Assembly (NCBI GenBank): GCA_038365355.1
Contig: JAYPLH010000001.1
Coordinates: 1-32,547 of the forward strand
From: Fidelibacterota bacterium
GTDB taxonomy: Bacteria; Fidelibacterota; Marinisomatia; Marinisomatales; UBA1611
Length of the DNA: 32,547 nt
Direction of reading: 5' to 3'
Shown here: positions 1 through 8,984 of the stretch, piece after piece
Layout: each line of letters starts with the position of its first letter
How positions within the stretch are numbered: the first letter of the stretch is position 1
Notes under the pieces: generated by a model
Told to the model about the DNA's origin: nothing
Seen by the model: only the letters and a program-made list of their open reading frames with translations
Database searches by the model: none
Position numbers and translations under genes: made by a program

Positions 1-127
1 TTTCTAGTTTATATTGCTCAACTTGCAAATTGTTAGAAAATAAAAAACTAAAAAAAAGCGTGACTACACCAAAAAAATATTTCATGTATTTGTTACCATT
101 ATAAAATGTTAGCGTAAAATGAAAAAC

Positions 128-1207
128 TCATTTCAAATAGGATACTTTTCTAATTTTAGAATGATTTTTATTTTTGATCTGAAAAAAATAGGTTCCAGAA
201 GAAACTTCTTTCCCATTTGATCTTTTTCCATTCCAAGAAATATGCTTAATGTCTTTATCAATAAAAAAACTTTTTGAAGACATTACTTTTTCTCCTTTTA
301 TATCAAAAATAGAATATTCTACTACGCCCGATTCCCTGCTGTTAATAGGTAAAACTACATTATTATTAAAAGGATTTGGAAATGGTGATCCAATAGAAAA
401 AGTCTTTGGTAAGGGGTCTAATTGAACTGTGAGTGGATCCCCATTATATCCTGTGTTGGTTGAATTAGTAAGACACAAAATTAAATAGCCATATTCAAAA
501 ACAACATTTGAATAAATAAGATCACAATTATTACCATCCCATGTATGATTTGCCTTATCCCATCGGGATGCATCATAATAATCAAAATCATCTGTCCACA
601 TTAAAATGAAATCATTATCTGTACCCGCATTACCTGAATTGGGAACATAAGCATAGTATTTTACCCAATCATAAAATGCATAAACTGGTAAAATACTAGA
701 GTCAAACTCACCAACCCAATCTTCATATGTGGGCTGCCAAATATTCATCATGAGCTTTTGGTAGTGATACAACGAATCTGTATAAAAATTAGCTACAGAT
801 CGAATCAACTGGTCATCAATAAAAAAATGAACATTTAAGGGAGTCCATTCAATTGCATAGATATGAAAATCTTCATGAGGATTAATATTTAAATCAACAA
901 GTTCTGGCAAATCCCACTCATTTTGAATTATAAGATTAGTTTGGACTTTATCATCATAGTTACCCAACCACTCAAAATCAATTTCATTCCAATAGCTATT
1001 ATCAAGCCCATCTTCCCAAAAGTCATTATAGGTAAAAAAAGAACTAACCACTCCATTTCCAAAAGCAGATTTCATTCGTACTTCCAATCTCCCATATCGA
1101 AAAGAATCTTCGGTTCTTAACTCTCCTCCCTTGTAGGGCTTAGAAAAAATCAAAGTAGAAAAAAAGATAAGAAATAAAAGTTTATTTAAGCAAAATTGTT
1201 TTTTCAT
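128..1207 (-). CDS. Secreted GH16 beta-glucanase, circularly permuted lichenase type, with T9SS C-terminal sorting domain
   Basis: 359-aa ORF with signal peptide MKKQFCLNKLLFLIFFSTLIFS. It has the non-bulged GH16 catalytic motif E-I-D-F-E in WNEIDFEWLG. The lichenase blocks YGRLEVRMKSA / VSSFFTY / YAIEWTP / MMNIWQP / YAFYDWVKYY are followed, not preceded, by FILMWTDDFD..SRW..GYLILCLT. In Bacillus lichenases that last segment is N-terminal. The C-terminus PFPNPFNNN...SGTYFFQI...VSYLK is a type-A T9SS CTD. Confidence 0.85.
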   Translation of the reverse strand: MKKQFCLNKLLFLIFFSTLIFSKPYKGGELRTEDSFRYGRLEVRMKSAFGNGVVSSFFTYNDFWEDGLDNSYWNEIDFEWLGNYDDKVQTNLIIQNEWDLPELVDLNINPHEDFHIYAIEWTPLNVHFFIDDQLIRSVANFYTDSLYHYQKLMMNIWQPTYEDWVGEFDSSILPVYAFYDWVKYYAYVPNSGNAGTDNDFILMWTDDFDYYDASRWDKANHTWDGNNCDLIYSNVVFEYGYLILCLTNSTNTGYNGDPLTVQLDPLPKTFSIGSPFPNPFNNNVVLPINSRESGVVEYSIFDIKGEKVMSSKSFFIDKDIKHISWNGKRSNGKEVSSGTYFFQIKNKNHSKIRKVSYLK

Positions 1208-2987
1208 ATTCGTTCTTGTTATTGATGTTTAGTTGAATGAAATAGATCCCACTTGCAGCTTTTTTTGCATTCCATGTTAGATTATGATATCCAGGTAAAA
1301 GTGAGCCGCTATATATGTTTTTTATTCGCTGACCATTGATATTAAATACATCGATTTCAACATAGGATTTCCTAACCAGTTCTATAGGAATGGAAAGTTG
1401 ATTATTAAACGGATTTGGAAAAGGTTTGGATAATAAATAATCTTTGGGATGATTTGAATTAATTGAAAGCTCTTCAAGGAGATGAATCTCTAATCCGTTC
1501 AAAAAAGGACCTGCGTATTCGTAACCTGCTCCATAGTTTACAGCAGAAAAATATAAATCGAGTATACCATCTTCAACCCTTATTGCATTTAGCATTGTAT
1601 CGAACGCAGTATGTATGTTGGACTGGCTGAACACGTCTAAATTTGATATCCATAAAGAATCTTCAGCAAAAACATCAAAAGATCGAACACCTATTTCATT
1701 GTAATGATTTTCTGAAAGTTTTAATACTGCTGAATATATACCTTTCGGCACTCGCACTTTGTAAGACACAACCCTATTCAAACTAGTTTGATAGATAGTT
1801 TCTTCAAGTGTATTGCCAATAGTTTCCTCTGTAATTTGGTAATTCCCATTCATATGTCCATATTCAACAGAGGAAGACCACAGTTGATCTGGCAAAAAAT
1901 CATTATACTCTTCACCTGCAACATTTACTTTTAACGGAAAAGAAATTGGATCAGGCATATCCAATGAAACAGATTGAGTTACTTGGGTGTTGGGAGGATC
2001 TGCATCATCCTTTATACCTATGATGTATAAAGTATACGTCTCAGTTAAGATCATGTCAGACACATGTAAATGAACTGTACGCTGATTATCCATCAAGACT
2101 GCTGAATTTATAGTAACTCCTGGGATAGTATAACTGCCTACATTTTGTGAAGTTTCTGGATCTAATTCTTCGCTAAACTGCACAATGATTGAGTCAGCCT
2201 CTGCTCTTGCCCATAACAAATGGGGTTTTTCTTGATCTTGATATCCAATATTTTCATCATCTGTAAGGCAAAGTATAAGCTGGCCATTATCAAAAATAGC
2301 ATTTTCTTCAATAAAAAGAGCCTGATTCCCTCCCCAGGTATGATTATCGCTTATTTCCCATCGACTAACATCTAATGCATCGAAATCATCTTGCCATTGA
2401 AAAGTAAAATTATTATCGGTTCCGGTATCTCCATTACCAGGAGTATAGGAGGCATATCGAACCCAATCATAAAATGCAAACCTTGGAAGGACTCTATCAT
2501 CCCAGATACCAACCCAGTCTTCATATGTTGGATTCCAAATATTCATCATAATTTTTGCTGGATGTATTAAGTCTGCTATGTGATTTGCTGTTTGGCGGTA
2601 GACTTCCTCTCCATTAATAAACCAGGCAACATAATCTGGAGTCCATTCAAAACCATATACATAAAAATCTAAATGAGTATCCATAGATAGATAATGAGTT
2701 CTAAGGTGACTTGTTGTTGTAATGACATTCATGTCTACAATATTTGGGAATCTGCCTAAAATTTCCACATCAACCTCAACCCAGCTAGTGTTGGGGAAGT
2801 CATCATTATAGACAAAAAAAGAAGAAACTAAACCCTCCCCCTGAGCAGGCTTATAACGGGCTTCAAATTTTCCATACAAAACCGGCTCTAAAGTTCTCAG
2901 TTCAGCTCCTCGATAAAATTGTGAGTATGCAAAACAACTAGATAAAACAAGGATAGTTAAAACTTTACTAATTAAATGTTTTTCCAT
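1182..2987 (-). CDS. Secreted multidomain GH16 beta-glucanase (circularly permuted lichenase type) + Ig-like module + malectin-like (CBM57-type) module + T9SS CTD
   Basis: 601-aa ORF with signal peptide MEKHLISKVLTILVLSSCFAYS. The catalytic motif is E-V-D-V-E in WVEVDVEILG. YGKFEARYKPA, VSSFFVY, YGFEWTPDYVAW, MMNIWNP and FAFYDWVRY are followed by FTFQWQDDFDALDVSRW...GQLILCLT, closely echoing the Fibrobacter succinogenes lichenase order as I recall it. The middle has an SbsA/Big-like segment (SYTIPGVTINSAVL...YTLYIIGIKD). A malectin-like pattern follows (VNVAGEEY..DQLW..YG...IYQTSLNR..YKVRVPKGIYSAVLKLSE...GVRSFDVF...LNGLEIH). The C-terminus is PFPNPFNNQLSIPI...SGIYFIQL...ILLK. Confidence 0.85.
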   Translation of the reverse strand: MEKHLISKVLTILVLSSCFAYSQFYRGAELRTLEPVLYGKFEARYKPAQGEGLVSSFFVYNDDFPNTSWVEVDVEILGRFPNIVDMNVITTTSHLRTHYLSMDTHLDFYVYGFEWTPDYVAWFINGEEVYRQTANHIADLIHPAKIMMNIWNPTYEDWVGIWDDRVLPRFAFYDWVRYASYTPGNGDTGTDNNFTFQWQDDFDALDVSRWEISDNHTWGGNQALFIEENAIFDNGQLILCLTDDENIGYQDQEKPHLLWARAEADSIIVQFSEELDPETSQNVGSYTIPGVTINSAVLMDNQRTVHLHVSDMILTETYTLYIIGIKDDADPPNTQVTQSVSLDMPDPISFPLKVNVAGEEYNDFLPDQLWSSSVEYGHMNGNYQITEETIGNTLEETIYQTSLNRVVSYKVRVPKGIYSAVLKLSENHYNEIGVRSFDVFAEDSLWISNLDVFSQSNIHTAFDTMLNAIRVEDGILDLYFSAVNYGAGYEYAGPFLNGLEIHLLEELSINSNHPKDYLLSKPFPNPFNNQLSIPIELVRKSYVEIDVFNINGQRIKNIYSGSLLPGYHNLTWNAKKAASGIYFIQLNINNKNEYEKTILLK

Positions 2988-4434
2988 AATTCAATTTATT
3001 ATCAGAAGTAATGATAGGGAAAGATGGAACTATAATTGGATAAGGTACTCCCCTCTGTATTACCATCATATCTGTCTGTGTTAATTTAATCTTTTCAAAA
3101 GCATCCATATTTATTTGAATTTTATCAGAATACCTTTCTTGTAAGGAATCTATCTTGGGATTCATAAAATTAAGCCATGCATCCTGATTTTCTATTTCTT
3201 TGGTCTTCTTCCTTAATGAAGATAAATAGGTTTTGCTTTTATGCACATCTTTCCACATTTCTTCATAGGCCTTAACATTCCAACGGTTATTGTAGCCTTT
3301 TTTATAGCTTGTCTTTGTGATCTCCATATCTCGCATTAAATCTGCTATGGCATATCGAAGCTGCTCAGGAAACTCATTTCGTTTCATTTTACGTTTTCTA
3401 AACACATATGGATGTGATTGTAATTGTTGATTTAACTTTTTAATTGACCATGGACTACCTTCATAATCAAAGATAATTTCATCTTCGCTTAGTTTATTCT
3501 CTTTATAAGAAAAACTGTTGTTATCAATCTCCGGATCATCCCATAGAACTTGATTAAACATTTGTTTCTTGGCTGAATCCATTTTGAAAAAGTAATCTGC
3601 TGCGTGCTCCGCATATTTATAAAAAATCTCTGAATTAAAGTTAATCTTTTTATTAGACATTAATTCTTCTACCCATGATAAATATTCTTTTTTTGCTTTA
3701 TTTTCGGTCAATTTTTCGTCAATATCTTTCCATAATAGATTTTGATCAGAGCTAGTAATAGGTACACTTTCAGTCCAACTATTGATTTTTAACAAAACAT
3801 GTGTGTTTTCATCTGTAAGAAATGGACCCAACAAATCTCCTTTTTTTACATTAGTTGCAAAAACTGCTTTATGGATATAGTCCTGCTCACGATCAAACCA
3901 TCCAATCTCTTTATTTGGTGCTTTTCCACCCCAAATAACGCTATGGATTGAATCAAAAGGAACTCCTTGCCTGTCTAATTCTTGTACTTTCTTTGCTATG
4001 CTTTCGTCAGGAAGATTTAAAAATTGAAGATTAACTCTTCTGCTAGCTAATTTTAGATTACTCTGTACTTTATCAGGAGGTATGTTTACTTTCGAAAAAT
4101 ATTCATCAAAGTACAACATCTGCCTCATTGCCTGCTCTCTTCTGCCTTTAAAATATTTTTCTGAATCTTCAGATTGAAATTTAGAATTTTGTTTTTCAAA
4201 CTCAAGTGAAGTCAATTTCTCTGCAATTAATGAATTCAAAACAATTTTTTTGTGAATATAATTATCTTGTCTACAATAATCTGGACGTATAGTATACTCT
4301 GATCTTCTGATAAAATCTTGAATTGTTATTATTTTCTCACCAACTCGAGCAAGAATTACTTCCTCAGGAACAGAGGGCTTTTTAGCACAGCTAAGAAAGA
4401 GGAATAAAATAAAAAGAAAGTAAGTGAATCTCAT
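2968..4434 (-). CDS. Lipoprotein of unknown function, SurA/PpiD-like chaperone suspected (degenerate parvulin-like segment)
   Basis: 488-aa ORF with lipobox FLFLSC followed by AKK. The N-terminus VILARVGEKIITIQDFIRR resembles SurA_N-type chaperones. GGKAPNKEIGWFD...KKGDLLGPFLTDENTHVLLKI resembles a degenerate parvulin core. There is a 9-nt gap to the upstream gene and a 20-nt overlap with the downstream GH16 gene. Confidence 0.5.
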   Translation of the reverse strand: MRFTYFLFILFLFLSCAKKPSVPEEVILARVGEKIITIQDFIRRSEYTIRPDYCRQDNYIHKKIVLNSLIAEKLTSLEFEKQNSKFQSEDSEKYFKGRREQAMRQMLYFDEYFSKVNIPPDKVQSNLKLASRRVNLQFLNLPDESIAKKVQELDRQGVPFDSIHSVIWGGKAPNKEIGWFDREQDYIHKAVFATNVKKGDLLGPFLTDENTHVLLKINSWTESVPITSSDQNLLWKDIDEKLTENKAKKEYLSWVEELMSNKKINFNSEIFYKYAEHAADYFFKMDSAKKQMFNQVLWDDPEIDNNSFSYKENKLSEDEIIFDYEGSPWSIKKLNQQLQSHPYVFRKRKMKRNEFPEQLRYAIADLMRDMEITKTSYKKGYNNRWNVKAYEEMWKDVHKSKTYLSSLRKKTKEIENQDAWLNFMNPKIDSLQERYSDKIQINMDAFEKIKLTQTDMMVIQRGVPYPIIVPSFPIITSDNKLNYGKTFN

Positions 4435-4443
4435 TACATATCA

Positions 4444-5514
4444 TTAGAAAGAAACACCAACTGTATACATTTGAACGTTACCTAAAATACCCATAGGTTT
4501 ATACGTGTAATCAATAGAAAGTGATTTATTTGCTAAATAAAACATTTTTGCACCAATACCAAATGTGATGCTAAAGTCATTTCCATCACTATTAATACTT
4601 TTCATACCATTTTTAGCGCCAGAGGTAAGACTCACCTGCCCAAAACCAGGAATTTTATAATCCAAAGCAGCTCCAATATTCACCGATTCAGCATTATTAT
4701 TGGGATGTAATGCATCCGCAGATATAGTAAGGTTCATCATATTTGATACAATTGGCTTTAAAGCAAATCCAATTCTAAAAATCAAAGGTAATTCCCATTC
4801 AGAAGTTCTAAACTGTCCTGCTACATCTCCATAATTACCCTCTTCAAATTCAGAAATATCTATAGGCTGATAGCTATCAATACCATCATATTGCATTCTA
4901 GTGCCATAATTCGATATGCTCATACCTATATTCATTCCGTCTTTATCATTACCCGTAAAAGAAAAAAACTTTGTATTTACTAAAACCCCTAAATCAACAG
5001 CAAAAGCACTTGCGGAGCTATGCCAAATATTAGAGCTTATATATTTCATGGATGAACCAAAAGAAAACCATGAAACAATTTTTCTGGAAAACGTGAAGGT
5101 AGCAGCCATATCAGATGCTCCAAACCTCTCACCAGTTCCATCTTGATATTCCAAATTGGTAACGTCCATCTCTCCATAATCTAAATGAGTAATACCTAGT
5201 CCTAGCACGCCTACATTGGGTACCACTACGGCACCACCTGCAAACAACATGTCAATATCCACCAACCAAGGTTGAACCATGAACAATGCTGAAGAGTTGG
5301 AGACATTTGAAAGTCCAGCAGGATTCCAATATATGGATGAAACATCATTTGCAACAGCCACATATGCATCTCCCATGGAGGTAGCCCGGCTTCCAACACC
5401 TATTTCTAAAAAGTTGGCAGCCGTTGTTCCATAACGATTAATCGTTTGTCCAAATACATTCGAACAAATTAAACTAATCATTATCAAGATAGATTTAGGT
5501 AGGTTAAACATCAT
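4444..5514 (-). CDS. Outer-membrane beta-barrel protein, PorV/PorQ-like
   Basis: 356-aa ORF with signal peptide ending NVFGQ. The N-terminal motif GTTAANFLEIGVGSRATSMGDAYVAVANDVSSIYWNPAGL matches the pattern I associate with PorV/PorQ-family (FadL-superfamily) barrels. It shows an alternating hydrophobic beta-strand pattern and a C-terminal aromatic residue (YTVGVSF). Its start overlaps the upstream stop as ATGA. Confidence 0.55.
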   Translation of the reverse strand: MMFNLPKSILIMISLICSNVFGQTINRYGTTAANFLEIGVGSRATSMGDAYVAVANDVSSIYWNPAGLSNVSNSSALFMVQPWLVDIDMLFAGGAVVVPNVGVLGLGITHLDYGEMDVTNLEYQDGTGERFGASDMAATFTFSRKIVSWFSFGSSMKYISSNIWHSSASAFAVDLGVLVNTKFFSFTGNDKDGMNIGMSISNYGTRMQYDGIDSYQPIDISEFEEGNYGDVAGQFRTSEWELPLIFRIGFALKPIVSNMMNLTISADALHPNNNAESVNIGAALDYKIPGFGQVSLTSGAKNGMKSINSDGNDFSITFGIGAKMFYLANKSLSIDYTYKPMGILGNVQMYTVGVSF

Positions 5515-8500
5515 TTAATTATTGCAAATTTTCCAAGTTTTTCTTCACCAATATCCAAAGCATCTATATGATAAACATACATACCAGCTGCAACTTCTAA
5601 ATTTTCCCTAGTCAACATATCCCAATGAATAATGCCATTACTTGGTTCATTATTAACAATTATTTCATCTACCAAGACACCACTTACAGTAAAGATCTTA
5701 ATAATACAGTTTGCAGGTATGTGAGTAAACATAATTTTTCTACGTTGATTTAAAAAAGGGTTCGAGACGGCTGACTCCATCATATTGGTCATTACATACG
5801 GATTGGGTACAACCCTTATACTATCTAAATCAGATTGAACAATAGATAAATCTAAAGCATTCTCTTGTTCTACAGAAAAACGAATTGTATCTGTAAGAAA
5901 ATAAGGTCTATTATAATCAACTTGATAAGAAGACTCTGATGAAGGGTAATTTGCTCCAGAATCAAGCTGAAAATCCATGATAAATGCTGTTGCTCGCCAC
6001 CTTGATCCCACCGTTGCCCCAACAAAGAACCTATCTACTCCTATATCCACAATATCGTTATCATTTACATCCTGAACAACAACATCCATAATAGGATGTT
6101 GGCCAGTAGAGGTATCTATAAACGACATGTTTTGAACAAAAAAGTTTACTGCTGGTTGAGTTATTTTATTTGAACCAATGGATGTACCATTTTCATCCCT
6201 GATAGTACCTGAACGAGCAATACCGACATATGCAGAATCATCATCCGTAAAGGTTATATTGTATTTCCATGAAAGTTGTAAACCTTCTGTAACCGTAGGA
6301 GTGATTCTCATTGTACCAGCGCCAGTAATCCATCCAGATTTTTCATAATTCAAAGATGAAGCTTCCACCTCTTCGGGCTCGATTTCTAATTGTAATCCAT
6401 CAAAAATATCCGTTAAAATTTCTTCTGAATTGTTTAATACCCAATAATTAGCAGTATCTTTAAAAACTATGTTCTGACCTACATATTTTGACGAATCTTC
6501 AGAATAAATCAGGACAGTACTATCTGTTTCATCAAAAATTTGAATTCCATTAGTTACATATTGGAATCCATAATCATAACCACTTATACTTGCTATTGTA
6601 TCTGCTAGAAAAGTAAGAGCATACTGATGACCTTGTTTTAATGCCCCCTGAGCTCTTATAAGAGGCTCCACAGATCCCGTGCCAAGTAATTCTGTTTCTT
6701 CAATAGTGACTTCAGGTGGAACGTAACCAGCTGCTCTTGGATGAGGAACAACAACTGCTACATTTTTTCCAATAGAGCGAATTTCTTCAGCTTCATCAAG
6801 TTCTATCACCGCATTATTTTCTGAAGGCGCAATTCCTGGACCAATGTTGGGTGCACCAAAATCATATGCCACTACTGCATAATAATACGTTCTACCATTT
6901 TGAACTGTATTATCAACAAAAATATGAGTAATTCCTGTTTCTCCTCCTAAATTGTATCCAGCCCCATTAACTAAGCCAAAATCTGTAAAGCCAGAAATAC
7001 CATCTACTAAATCACATTGATATATAGGCTTTTTAAACATAGGTGTTCCATATCCATCTGTGATAATTTCTGGATCAGACATATATTTATCCGTTGATCG
7101 ATAAACCTTATATCCTTCAAAGTCGTTTATATTTCCAACAAATGGATCCCTAGTTTTTGTGTCTGCGATGTCATCCCATGTTAAAATAACTTTACCATCT
7201 CCAGCAGTTGCAGTTAGTGTAGGCATTTTGGGAGGTTGAGCAAATCGGTAATCTTTTTCGTAAATAACTTGTACAATTCTTTTTAATTCATATAATGCAG
7301 GGGCTGTATGTTCATCCGAGCTCAGCCCTTCTAGTGGATCGTAAGAATGCAATTCAGACATAGATATTCTCTCTACCCTACCTTGATAAAGAGGGAAAGG
7401 CCCTGAAGCAAAAACCTCCACTAAGTTGGATACATTATCAAGATATTCTTCCAAGGAGTCAACACCAATCAGACCCCACATAGCTTCATCGTTTTTAAAC
7501 CAGGTTGTTTCATTAGAAGGGGCATGACTTGGAATTGGAAACATACGAAAAGTAGTTAAACCTACCATATCAGATTCTGAAACATCTGTAGTATTAAAAT
7601 TAGGTTCGCAACCAACACCCTCAAGGAAATCTGGTTTATGGTTACCTTCACTACCATCTAAATCAGGTCCAGTATAATTTAATTCACCAGGAGCAACACC
7701 GTCGATGCCAATATCATCTCCATAATTTTCTGAAATCTGATAAATCCCATCACCATTAGCATCTTCTCCATCTTCCCAATCTTGATCTTCATCTGCATCC
7801 CAATGTTCTTTTAAATCCTCAACATTTAATTTATAAAATTCTAAAAAAGCATTTAAATCATTGATACCATCGGTTGGTCCAATTAAAGCAGTTGCTTCAT
7901 TATCCCTCTTTTCATCAACCAAACCATCATTATCATTATCTTGAAAATCATAGGCTAATCCAGGACTTTCTAAATATGCAAATCCCATTACTCCTGTAGG
8001 AAGTCCGCCGGCTCCCACTCCATTTATATCCCAGGAGTAAGCCATATCCTCTTGCTTATTAAAATAGCCGAGGTCGTCATCACCATCTCCACCAATTGAG
8101 TTATCTAGCCAATATCCAAAAGCGACATCCCTAAGGTCATAATCTGATACATTTGCAATAGAGTATTCCCAAAAAATAGCATCTCTTGCTTGAGGATTAT
8201 TCCATTGAAAACCTCTTACTGAAACACGTAATCCTAATCCTCCCCATGGAGCACCTGGTTGAATCGTCACATCCGGTTTTAAATCTCCAATGTAATGCCC
8301 TGGTCTAGGGTAGTATTTGACATTATCCTCTGATCCAAGATACTCTTGATCCTGAGCATCATTTACCACATAATATGATTCTTGATCAGCGTAAGTAACA
8401 CCCCTGCCAAATCTTCCGTTCCACTCTCCTGGCCATTTGGTAGCAAGTCCTGTTGAAGGCCAACCATTTACTGGCCACGAATTGGGTATGTTTGATAAGG

Positions 8501-8984
8501 CAGGATATTCGCCTGTTTCATCAAAATATCCAAACACTGGGTAGAATCCCCATTCTACAGTTCCAGTAGGATCTAAATCCATCTCTTCACGGTAACTAGT
8601 TTGAAGGTAATATAGTGTATGCCTTTCATTATTTGGATTAAGTAATTCAGGTAATTCCGTAATTGGGATAGTATCGACAGTCGAAGGATCACCATCATCT
8701 TCAATATAAACTTTTGCACCAATTAATAGGCCAATACCATCTGTCATTTTCAAACCATCAGGATTATTAGGCCATTTTGATACATTTACTCTAGGCCAGT
8801 CTGAAAGTTCAGTTGTATTTCTAAAATAGATAAAAACTCTATTTCCTGTCATATACCCCTCTTTTTCAGCAGCAATGTCTCCAGCTGGATCCTCTGGACC
8901 TTCATAAGGTTTACCCTGAGAAAAAATAGTATCTACAAAAAGGGTAAGCAGAAAAAGAAATGTAAAAGTGGTTTTTATATTCAT
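5511..8984 (-). CDS. Large secreted protein of unknown function with Asp-rich Ca-binding-type repeats, FN3-like module and divergent T9SS-type CTD
   Basis: 1157-aa ORF with signal peptide MNIKTTFTFLFLLTLFVDTIFSQ. It has thrombospondin-type-3-like Asp runs (DNDNDGLVDEKRDNE, DADEDQDWEDGEDANGDGIY). It has an FN3-like segment (GDGKVILTWDD...FEGYKVYRS...NGRTYYYAVVAYD). The last ~100 aa are VVPNPY...IKIFTVSGVLV...IHWDMLTRENLEVAAGMYVYHIDA...GKFAIIK. I recognised no catalytic motif. The start overlaps the TonB-dependent receptor stop as TAATG. Confidence 0.7.
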   Translation of the reverse strand: MNIKTTFTFLFLLTLFVDTIFSQGKPYEGPEDPAGDIAAEKEGYMTGNRVFIYFRNTTELSDWPRVNVSKWPNNPDGLKMTDGIGLLIGAKVYIEDDGDPSTVDTIPITELPELLNPNNERHTLYYLQTSYREEMDLDPTGTVEWGFYPVFGYFDETGEYPALSNIPNSWPVNGWPSTGLATKWPGEWNGRFGRGVTYADQESYYVVNDAQDQEYLGSEDNVKYYPRPGHYIGDLKPDVTIQPGAPWGGLGLRVSVRGFQWNNPQARDAIFWEYSIANVSDYDLRDVAFGYWLDNSIGGDGDDDLGYFNKQEDMAYSWDINGVGAGGLPTGVMGFAYLESPGLAYDFQDNDNDGLVDEKRDNEATALIGPTDGINDLNAFLEFYKLNVEDLKEHWDADEDQDWEDGEDANGDGIYQISENYGDDIGIDGVAPGELNYTGPDLDGSEGNHKPDFLEGVGCEPNFNTTDVSESDMVGLTTFRMFPIPSHAPSNETTWFKNDEAMWGLIGVDSLEEYLDNVSNLVEVFASGPFPLYQGRVERISMSELHSYDPLEGLSSDEHTAPALYELKRIVQVIYEKDYRFAQPPKMPTLTATAGDGKVILTWDDIADTKTRDPFVGNINDFEGYKVYRSTDKYMSDPEIITDGYGTPMFKKPIYQCDLVDGISGFTDFGLVNGAGYNLGGETGITHIFVDNTVQNGRTYYYAVVAYDFGAPNIGPGIAPSENNAVIELDEAEEIRSIGKNVAVVVPHPRAAGYVPPEVTIEETELLGTGSVEPLIRAQGALKQGHQYALTFLADTIASISGYDYGFQYVTNGIQIFDETDSTVLIYSEDSSKYVGQNIVFKDTANYWVLNNSEEILTDIFDGLQLEIEPEEVEASSLNYEKSGWITGAGTMRITPTVTEGLQLSWKYNITFTDDDSAYVGIARSGTIRDENGTSIGSNKITQPAVNFFVQNMSFIDTSTGQHPIMDVVVQDVNDNDIVDIGVDRFFVGATVGSRWRATAFIMDFQLDSGANYPSSESSYQVDYNRPYFLTDTIRFSVEQENALDLSIVQSDLDSIRVVPNPYVMTNMMESAVSNPFLNQRRKIMFTHIPANCIIKIFTVSGVLVDEIIVNNEPSNGIIHWDMLTRENLEVAAGMYVYHIDALDIGEEKLGKFAIIK

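Noticed and set aside
923-1120. A class of short plus-strand ORFs (63-86 aa) lying antisense inside the large minus-strand genes. Examples are 923-1120, 4916-5146, 9923-10144, 10821-11081, 12417-12644, 12575-12814, 12930-13148 and 13504-13698.
   Set aside because: Each is fully embedded in a much longer ORF with clear family motifs on the opposite strand. Their translations are low-complexity with no recognisable motifs. They are best explained as chance open frames.
2968-4434. Possibility that the 488-aa lipoprotein is a divergent SusD.
   Set aside because: It is not adjacent to the receptor. Its sequence pattern looks like a SurA_N / degenerate parvulin chaperone rather than the TPR-like SusD layout. 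This cannot be excluded without structure prediction.
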